DNA of 64,000 nt from assembly GCA_951406725.2 (NCBI GenBank), contig OX597827.1:6510001-6574000 (forward strand). The letters are read 5' to 3'. The DNA is from Octopus vulgaris (lineage: Eukaryota). Each line of letters opens with the position of its first letter. The stretch's first letter is position 1. Positions 54,110 to 64,000 of the stretch are shown piece by piece. The notes under the pieces were generated by a model, which saw only the letters and a program-made list of their open reading frames with translations, had not been told where the DNA came from and did not search any database. The position numbers were made by a program, and so were the translations under genes.

Positions 54110-54579
54110 ATTCTGTTGTGTCTGTTGCAAACCAAATCCAAAAACGAAATAACTTTATATATATATACATGCAACTCTTTTACTTATGTATATTTTGATT
54201 TCAAATTGTGACACACAGCAAGCAACTTCAGAGGAGAAGGTAAGTTAATTACATCAACACCAGTGTTCAACAGGGATTTATTTTATCAACCCCAAAAGAA
54301 TGAAAAACAAAGTCAACATCAGGGGAATTTGAACTCAGAACATGATGACAGACAAAATGTTGCAAAGCATCTTGCCTGGCATGCTACAGATTTTACCAGT
54401 TCTCCACCTTTGTTTATGTATATATATTGATGTGAACGATATTGCATCAATGAGTGCATCACTGTATTAGATGCTGGAGCACCACTGCTATAAAGGTCTG
54501 TTTCACATCGTGTGGTAGCTATTGATAAGGAGGAAATTTGAAATCAGAACCTCAAGAACTGGAAGTGGAGTACATATTA

Positions 54580-54900
54580 CAAAATTTCTCGTGGAAGCAC
54601 CATCCAACCAAAATGCAAGTATATGGGAAACTACCACCTGTGTCATCTCCTGTGAAAGGTAAGAGAGTCCAGTTTGCTGGACATTGTTGTAGAACTGAAA
54701 AAGAAGTAATTTCTACTCTCCTCCTCTGGAAGCCATCTACTCGCAATACCAGAGGGCGCACACTCTCCTTCCCTGATGTAATCTCCAGGGATACAGGCAT
54801 CCAGCAACGGGACCTCCGTAATGCCATGATGGACCGTGAAGTCTGGTGTAGCATGGTAAATTCCATTGTCTCGACCACGGTCGAACAATGATGATGATGA
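54580..54900 (+). mobile_element. 3' fragment of RTE-like LINE with (TGA)n tail
   Basis: Near-identical to 57935-58260; RVQFAGHC...LLLWKP...MMDREVW. Confidence 0.8.
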
Positions 54901-55088
54901 CATATTACAAAATATCTCTTCAAGTGCTTTAACAGGCACTGAGTAGTTTGCTTCGTAACTGCATAGTTACAAGTGTTGTTCAATTGCATGGCACCTTGAG
55001 CAAGTATCTTCTATCATAGTTCCAAACCAAGTAATGCCTTGTAAGTGAATTTGGTAGATGGCAACTGTGTGAAAGACCATCAAATATA

Positions 55089-55274
55089 TGAAGGGATGCT
55101 GAAAAGTTCCTTGATTTGGGTAAAAGAAAATAAAGGAGGATCAGTTATGATTTACACATCTTTTGCAGTGGTCTTTCAGTTTTTCTGAGCCCAGTAAAAG
55201 AACGTGGAAGGTTGGGCCTTCAACTAGGCCTTTCATGATACCCTTAAAACCAGGAACTTTTCAACACCCCTTCG
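55089..55274. mobile_element. mariner-type MITE
   Basis: TA|tgaagggatgctgaaaagttcc ... ggaacttttcaacaccccttcg|TA; related copy at ~24550-24745. Confidence 0.7.
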
Positions 55275-56299
55275 TATGTATGTATGTATGTATGTATGTA
55301 TGTATGTATGTATGTATGCATGTATGTATGTATACTCTTTTATTCTTTTACTCTTTTACTTGTTTCAGTCATTTTGAGTGTGGCCATGCTGGAGCACCGC
55401 CTTTAGTTGAGTAGATTGACCCCAGGACTTATTCTCTGTAAGCCTAGTACTTATTCTATCAGTCTCTTTTGCTGAACCACTAAGTTACGGGGACGCAAAC
55501 ACACCAGCATCGGTTGTCAAGTGATGTTGGGGAGACAAACACAGACACACAAACATACACACGCATACATATATATATATATATATACACACATATATAC
55601 GACGGGCTTCTTTCAGTTTCCATCTACCAAATCCACTCACAAGGCTTTGGTCAGCCTGAAGCTATAGTAGAAGACACTTGCCCAAGGTGCCACGCAATGT
55701 GACTGAACCCGAAACCATGTGGTTCGCAAGCAAGCTACTTACCACACAGCCACTCCTTTGCTTATGTATGTGTGTATGTATGTATGTATGTATGTATGTA
55801 TGTATGTATGTATGTATGTATTTGACTTAGTCTTTGTGTTTGTGTCCCACTGCTACTTGACAACCACTGTTGGTTTGTTTACATCTCTTCTGTAACTCAG
55901 TAGTTTTGCAAAAGAGACCGACAGAATAAGTACCAGACTCGAAATAAAGTACTGGGGGTGGATTTGCTCAATTAAACCCTTCAAAGGGGTGTCCCAGTAT
56001 GACCGTAGTGCGATGATGAAGCAAAGCTAAATCCACCACTTAGGACGGGTTCTATATTCATCAACCCCAAAAGAGTTAAAGACAAAGCTGAGCTTGGCAG
56101 GATTTGAACTCAGAATGCAGAAAACTGGAACAAAATATACTACCAGGCATTATAAGATGCTGCTTTTATAATTCTGCCAATTCACTGTCTTTTCTTAAGC
56201 ACTCTTTTTATATCCTACAAGTTGCATGAATGCAAAAATATTTTTCCGTCTATTAACGAACCATCCAACCCATGCTAGCATGGAAAGCGGACGTTAAAC

Positions 56300-56335
<36 letters not shown>

Positions 56336-56739
56336 AACAGAGACAATAGTTTCCTGAACTTCTTTCCCACAACTCTTATCATTGTCACTATTATTTTCTA
56401 AACATTTACTACCACCCACACTAATTACAACCAACTAAGCTAGTCATTGTCTCATTACTTTCTTAGTGGCCACTTAACTATGTACATTATGGAAACCTGT
56501 CAAAGATCTTATCTACAACAACAAATAATTCAAAATAGAAATTCTTTTTTTCTTGGTTAAAAACTTCTTTTGACGGTATCCTCCCAGTTTCTGTGCAACA
56601 CAGGCAGAACACTCACACCCAACACAATGTTTTTTAGAAAGAACCAGTTTTTATTTATTTATTTTCTTTTCGTTTTCTGGCTGTGGCAATAAGACACATA
56701 CCTCCACACACTCTACACTCACACACACTCTACACTCTC

Positions 56740-56770
<31 letters not shown>

Positions 56771-57672
56771 ATGGGTTTCAACACAGTTTCCATATACCAA
56801 CATTCTGCTTACAAGGCATTGGTCATACCAAGGCTATGATAGAAGACACTTTCCTAGGCTACTTTCCTAGGTATAATCCATTTGATTATGATGATTCTGG
56901 GGTACTTACATCATCATCATCATCATCATCATCATCCTTTAACGTCCACTTTCCATGCTGGCATGGGTTGGATGATTTGACGAGGACTGGCGAATCAGAT
57001 GGCTGCACCAGGCTCCAATCTTGATATGGCAGAGTTTCTACAGCTGGATGCCCTTCCTAATGCCAACCACTCTGAGAGTGTAGTGGGTGCTTTTTACGTG
57101 CCACCAGCACAAGGGCCAGTCAGGTGGTACAGGCAACGGCCACGCTCAAATAGTGTTTTTTACATGTGGAAGCCACACTTTTTTTTTAAATCTTATTTCA
57201 CAAAAGGGACTATAATCAATTTTTAAGAAAATTTCTATCAAGTATTACAAGTTTATAGTTAATTTTATATATAGTCTATCATCAGAACTGTACAAAAATT
57301 GTATAAAATCAATGTTCCAGTCTGATTTGGCATGGTTTCTACAGCTGGATGCCCTTCCTAATGCCAATAACTCTAGGAGTGTAATGAGCGCTTTCATATG
57401 CCACCAGCATTGGTTACAAGACACCAGCAACGACCATGACAGTGATCACAGGTGTCATTTACATGGCACTGGAAATGACCACAATAAATTCATGGGTGCC
57501 CTTTAGTTGGTACTGGCAACAATCACGTCTATGATTCACGGGTGCCATTTACACACACGTACAAACACATATATTTAAATGTGTGTGTATGTATGTGAAC
57601 ACCTACACATAGATATATACATGTATAAATATATATATATATACATACATACATACATACATACATACATGC

Positions 57673-57725
<53 letters not shown>

Positions 57726-57769
57726 CGTGCATATGTCTTATACATATATATATGTGTGTGTGTATATGA

Positions 57770-58260
57770 CATGCATAAGATCTGGTCATCAAATCTAAGT
57801 AAAGACTTCAAACTTGAAATATTCAAAGCCACAGTCGAACCAATTCTACTATATGGCTCAGAAACCTGGACGTTATCAAAGAAGCTTGAGAGGCGGTTGG
57901 ATGGAACCTACACGCGCCTCCTTATGAGAGCTCAAAATCTCTTGTGGAAGTGCCATCCAACCAAAATGCAAATATATGGGAAACTACCACCTGTGTCACC
58001 TCTTGTGAATGGTAGGAGAGTCCAGTTTGCTGGACATTGTTGTAGAGCTGAAAAAGAAGTAATTTCTACTCTTCTCCTCTGGAAGCCATCTACTCGCAAT
58101 ACCAGAGGGCGCACACTCTCCTACCCTGATGTAATCTCCAGGGATACAGGCATCCAGCAACAGGACCTCCGTAATGCCATGATGGACCGTGAAGTCTGGC
58201 GTAACATAGTAAATTCCATTGTCTCGACCACGGTCGAACAATGATGATGATGATGATGAT
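57770..58260 (+). mobile_element. 5'-truncated RTE-like LINE 3' end
   Basis: [33 protein letters not shown]...RVQFAGHC, followed by a (GAT)n tail. Confidence 0.85.
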
Positions 58261-59362
58261 GTATATATATATATATATATATATAAACAAAAGGATGTAC
58301 GCAGTGAATGTATTAGGTTGATGCTCAGTTTAAGATGGAAAAAGGAGGTATGTACATGTATGTATATATATTCATATATTGTATTATGTACGTATGCATA
58401 CATGACTTTAGAACTCGATGCTACCAGATGAGGTTTTATCCTGTCCAGTAGGAGGAATCAATTTAACTTTCTAACCTCCAACTGTCAATTACTTTTGATA
58501 AGTTGACATTCATTGATTTCAGTTCCTGAGTTGTTTTTTTTTTTTCATGTATCATATTTATTGTTTATTTATTAGATATTTATTTTTATTTTGCCTTGCA
58601 GTACCTGTTGTAGGTATTGCGGAAGGGAATACTAAAACTAGTGATATTCTAATTAGCTTGAATTGAAGCAGTGACCTTCTTGTGTCATATTGAGCTTTTC
58701 TGTTGCTGTTTGACTAATTTTATTATTTTGTTACACAGGAATAACACCCAGTCCCAGATGCAAGTCTCAACAGAACATTAACTTGTATATAAAATGGGAA
58801 ATCTAAAAGCCTTTTAAATCTGTACACTTCCTTCCAACTAGTAAACAGACTTAGAATGTAATTTCTCCACAGAATAAACATTTATTTGTATTGAAATGAG
58901 TAGGAAATATGATCCTATTTCTATAGAATGCTTTACAGATTATCAGACAAGGAATGGTCAACTTGCTGACATGTTAAGGGAATGGCATCACCAGGACCAT
59001 ATATTGCAAATTAATGAAATCAGTACTACCAAATGTTTTCTAAGTGGGCTTGGCTCCTGGAAATTTAATGTGTCATCTAGTCAAGGAAAAGGTTTAGGTG
59101 TCTGTTGACTACTCTGATTAAAAGATAATTGGTTAAGAGCATTCTAAATTAGCAATGATGGATACTCTTTTACTCTTTTACTTGTTTCAGTCATTTGACC
59201 GTGGCCATACTGGAGCACTGCCTTTAGTCGAGCAAATCGACCCCAGGACTTATTCTATCGGTCTCTTTTGCCGAACCGCTAAGTTACGGGGACGTAAACA
59301 CACTAGCATCGGTTGTCAAGTGATGTTGGTGTACATATATAGATACACAAACATATACCCAC

Positions 59363-59431
<69 letters not shown>

Positions 59432-60240
59432 TACGACAGGCTTCTTTCAGTTTCCATCTACCAAATCCACTCACAAGGCTTCGGTCAGCCTGAGATTATA
59501 GTAAAAGACACTTGTCAAGGTGCCACACAGTGGGACTGAACCATTTGGTTGATAAGCAAACTACTTACCACACAGCCACTCCTGCGCCTATATATGTATA
59601 CATTCTCATTTAGTTGTCCATAAATCAGATGAAAGCACATTCTAAAAGAGGAATTTAGCAGTTACACTTTATATTGTCAAACAGTATATTCCTGACTTTG
59701 GCATATAATTAATCAGAAAGTTACTGATGGTTTCACACCTAGTATTGCACTTGACAATATTGACAACTTTTGAAACGTGCTCACCAAAAACACATAGTTT
59801 TTATTATGCTGAGGGCAAATATACAGTTCTGGTTCACTTGGTGGTAATAAAAAGTAGAATGAAATGAACAAAAGCACTAAATACATTTTTTTAAAATAGT
59901 ATTATGAAGGGCAAACAGCTGTAGAAACCATTCCAAAGCAGAGAGTGGAACTTGGCACAGCCCTTTGGTTTGTTGGTTCCTGTCAAACAATCCAACCCAT
60001 GTCAGCATGGAATACGGCACATTAAATGATGATGATGTTGATAATAATGAATGTGTGCATGCGTGTGTGCATATATATGTATGAGCAAAATGTGACCCGT
60101 CGAATGGACGGTGCTGAGTTTTCAAACATTTAAACCAAATTTTCTCAAAACAACTTGTCCAACCATCCCATAGGCCTCCCTTTTGAGAAACACTGATTTA
60201 ACCTAAATGTGAGACACCAGCAAAAGAAGAAATAACGATA

Positions 60241-60643
60241 GAGGCACAGGAGTGGCTGTGTGGTAAGTAGCTTGTTTACCAACCACATGGCTCCGGGTTC
60301 AGTCCCACTGCGTGGCACATTGGGCAAGTGTCTTCTACTATAGCCTCGGGCCGACCAAAGCCTTGTGAGTGGATTTGGTAGACGGAAACTGAAAGAAGCC
60401 TGTCGTACATATGTATATGTATATGTGTGTGTGTTTGTGTGTCTGTATTTGTCCCCCCAACATCACTTGACAACCGATGCTGGTGTGTTTATTTCCCCGT
60501 TACTTAGTGGTTCGGCAAAAGAGACGATAGAATAAGTACTGGGCTTACAAAAGAATAAGTCCCGGGGTCGAGTTGCTCGATTAAAGGTGGTGCTCCAGCA
60601 TGGCCGCAGTCAAATGACTGAAACAAGTAAAAGAGTAAAAGAG
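60241..60643 (+). mobile_element. SINE family A inserted in another repeat
   Basis: Interrupts the copy of the 13893-14440 element at aataacgatag|actttt. Confidence 0.85.
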
Positions 60644-61477
60644 AATAGACCTTTTTTCTATTCCAAAGAAAAACGATTTCCCATGGCTTTATCGATCGCA
60701 TTCTCACCTGGAATCAATTTTTGTAATTTTTTCAAGACGTATACACGCCCTGATACCGTCAGTATCTACATATCAAATTTGAGCACAATCGGATGGAGGA
60801 TGCCCGAGATTCTAGAAGCACACACACACAGACATACAGAACGGATTTTATATAAGAGATAGTTCAAATTCACAAAGAACAAAAGACAAAGACAGGTGAA
60901 GGAACAACAAGCAAGTGTATTGGTTTGATGCTCAGAAAGAATGGAAAAGTCTTTGATGTTGACAGCCTACGCTCTGTGACAGAAAGAATTGAGAGGGAAA
61001 AAAAAACAGAGTGAGAACAAAAAAACAGAGAGAGAAATCAACGGTTCAACATGATGTGTATGTATATATACATATGCATGTGTATGTATATATATATATA
61101 TTTCCATGCTACTTTTTAATGTTTACTAATCAATGGAAATTGCAGCTGTGATACCAGTGCCAGTGGCAGGTAAAAAGCACCATCCATTCGTGGCCGTTGC
61201 CAGCCTCGCCTGGCCCCTGTGCCGGTGGCACGTAAAAAGCACCATCCGATCGTGGCTGTTTACCAGCCTCGTCTGGCACGTAAAAAGCACCCACTACACT
61301 CACGGAGTGGTTGGCGTTAGGAAGGGCATCCAGCTGTAGAAACATTGCCAGATCAGACTGGACCTGGTGCAGCCTCCTGGCTTCCCAGACCCTGGTCGAA
61401 CCGTCCAACCCATGCTAGCATGGAAAGCGGACGCTAAACGATGATGATGATGATGATGATGATGATATATGTATATG

Positions 61478-61595
61478 TAAATGCAGTGCACATTTGAACA
61501 CATAAGAAGTATCCGTCATAGGATTCCTTGCAAGCTGTTCCTTCTAGCATCCTATGACGGATACCTCTTATGTGTTTAAACGTACACTGTATTTT
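61478..61595. repeat. Fold-back, ~47 bp arms
   Basis: aacacataagaagtatccgtcataggat versus atcctatgacggatacctcttatgtgtt. Confidence 0.85.
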
Positions 61596-61686
61596 ATATG
61601 AATAATATATAGTCTATTGACTAATTTTTCTACATGTTAGGCCACAGGTAGTAAAAATTTCTAAAATCTTTATTACCTTGATATTA

Positions 61687-61735
<49 letters not shown>

Positions 61736-62788
61736 TAGATAGACAGACAGACAGGCAGATAGATAGATAGATAGATAAGTTTCTTTATTGGCCACACAGG
61801 GCTGCACACAGATGGGACAAGTTACAAGGTAGAGCTTTTCTTTTGGGGGATGAAAAAAAAAAAAAGGTGGTGTAGGTTTTCGATCAAAAGGGATCGTAAA
61901 AGGGAAAAAAAAAGGAAAAGAAAAAAAGAAAAAGGGAAAGTGTGTGTGTGTGTGTGTAAACTTGACTGAGCAGAAGAAATATTTGAAAGTATGTTTTAGA
62001 ATAAACTATGTATATTTTTTCCTACTGTGTTCAGAATGTGTTTCTGCAAGTGTATTGCACATGTTTAGTTGAAGTCTGAAGTTTTGTCAACCAGAGAAAT
62101 GAGAGGGAATTTGAATTTATCTTTCTGATAAATATAAACACATTCATAACACTGAAATCGTATGGTGTGAACAGACTGTGAAACGAGGAAAAATTAAAAT
62201 TTCTCAAAAATTTTACATAAACTTCTCACTTCAGAGACTACTCAATATATATATATATATTTTCCCTGTAAGTTTGGAATAATATTCCCTTATATATATA
62301 TATATATATATATGTATATTTGTATATGTATATTTGTATATGTGTGTGTATATGTATATCCATATATATATTTACTTATGTGTATACGTGAGTGTATTAA
62401 CACATGTGTGTATCAAACTTTGCACACACGTCTGTATCTTGCTTTACGTACGATATATGCACATATTTATCTTTGCTCAAGAACACAACGCATCGCCCGG
62501 TCCAGGAATCAAAACCACAATCTTACGATCATGATGCTGACACCCTAACCACTAAGCCACGCACCTCTCTCTCTCTATATATATATGTATGTATAATCAT
62601 TGATGATGATGATATATATATACATAAACACACAAAGTATGGGGGTTTAGTTCACAGGTGATCTAAACGATTAGGTACACTAGGTAAGTGCTAATAATGG
62701 ATTACTGGGGCCCCAAGGTTATACCCGAGATCGTAGTTATGGAGCCATTACAGATTTCTGATGCAGCAGAGTAAAAGAATAAGGACAT

Positions 62789-63143
62789 GGAAAGAGAGAA
62801 GAAAAAAGCATAAAAGTTCACAGTTCAACTTTCCGAAGTTACAGAAACCAGAGTATGAGTTCTTCGGTTCAATCCTGTATATATCCATGTGGGTTAAAGT
62901 CCTGACATAGGAGACATCTCAAGAAAAAAACGTGACCATATCAATGTTCATATGTTTGCGTCTTTTTCTTGGGATGTCTACTACATCAGGACTTTAACCC
63001 ATATGGATATATGCAGCATTGCACCTAAGGACTTATGCCCATGGATCTACGCTGGATTGCACCTAAGGATTCATGCTCTGGTTTCTATAACTTCAGAAAG
63101 TTGAACTGTGAACTTTTATGCTTCTTATTTCTTCTCTCTTTCC
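62789..63143. repeat. Imperfect fold-back, ~150 bp arms, upstream of a hammerhead
   Basis: gcataaaagttcacagttcaactttc...gacatctcaagaaaaa versus tttttcttgggatgtc...gaaagttgaactgtgaacttttatgc; the right arm has an internal duplication of attgcacctaagga. Confidence 0.88.
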
Positions 63144-63231
63144 ACCTCCTAATTCTTTTACTCCCTTCCTCTATGTTGTCATCTTATTAATATGTACCAT
63201 TTTTATTTTCCATATTTTTTTATCCCTATTT

Positions 63232-63287
63232 GTCTCTGATGATGAAATATCCCATACTCTGGGATATCCCAGAAACAGCTGTAAGAT
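63232..63287 (+). ncRNA. Type I hammerhead ribozyme motif, intact core, palindromic stem III loop (Penelope-like element type)
   Basis: Stem I GUCU/AGAU; CUGAUGA (63236-63242); stem II UG..AUAUCCCA-UACUC-UGGGAUAU..CA; GAAA (63272-63275); C-AGCU-G palindrome; GUA site (after 63283). Confidence 0.75.
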
Positions 63288-63372
63288 TTTGAATTTCTTC
63301 CTATAATAATATTGTATATGACTTGGGATGCTTGCCTTACCTTAATGTTTGACGTCCTGTTTAAATATTTGC

Positions 63373-63442
<70 letters not shown>

Positions 63443-63715
63443 TTATCTTATCTCCGCATTATTAATAAAATTATTTCTTAAAATACATCAATAATGGATC
63501 TTCAAGCAAGATAGCTACTAGAATACACAATGAAGATAGATCAGCACAATAAAACTTAAAATCATATAGATTTAACAGCTTAAAATAAAGAATATGGAGC
63601 ATATATTAAAATAAAATTTATTTTTTATGCTGGAAAACACCTTTCAGCAAAAGCTCGAGTATACGTGTATATGTGTGAAAATATATATATATATATATAT
63701 ACGTATATATGTATG

Positions 63716-63759
<44 letters not shown>

Positions 63760-63826
63760 CATACACATACATACATACATATATATATATACACACACAT
63801 ACATACATACATATATATATATATAT

Positions 63827-63879
<53 letters not shown>

Positions 63880-64000
63880 AACATATATATATGTACACAC
63901 ACACATATATGTACATATATGTATATAAATACATACATATGTATATATATATCTATATATACACACACACACACACACACACATATATGTACATATATGT

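Noticed and set aside
57579-58244. 221-aa ORF as a host gene
   Set aside because: Microsatellite-derived N-terminus fused to an RTE-like LINE C-terminus; a second copy lies at 54580-54900.
58585-58790. Plus-strand acceptor-like sites (ttgccttgcag, ttgttacacag; also ~11936 and ~2108) suggesting an antisense gene
   Set aside because: No consistent exon chain or ORF; such tracts are common in AT-rich DNA.

Overview
AT-rich, microsatellite-saturated animal genomic DNA, most consistent with a coleoid cephalopod (octopus-like), judged from the protocadherin type and SINE families. The only host gene I can support is a minus-strand protocadherin. One giant exon (ATG 40993 to donor 38663) encodes signal peptide, 6 cadherin repeats, TM and proximal tail. 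It splices in frame across a ~34.4 kb intron to two small cytoplasmic exons (4264-4099, 3699-3449), giving ~915 aa, a layout like a vertebrate clustered-protocadherin variable exon plus constant exons. The rest is repeats: at least five SINE families, non-autonomous Helitrons, piggyBac and Tc1/mariner MITEs or relics, and R4/Dong-like and RTE-like LINE relics. Less obvious signals are (i) short (TA)n-associated elements carrying type I hammerhead ribozyme motifs (two with intact cores) and/or long fold-back hairpins, plus a Penelope-like protein fragment, (ii) an inverted SINE pair with clustered A-to-G changes in ADAR-like context, (iii) a 5-copy head-to-tail SINE array, (iv) a locally templated insertion inside a LINE, and (v) a fold-back element with tRNA-like arms. 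All calls were made by eye and repeat boundaries are approximate.
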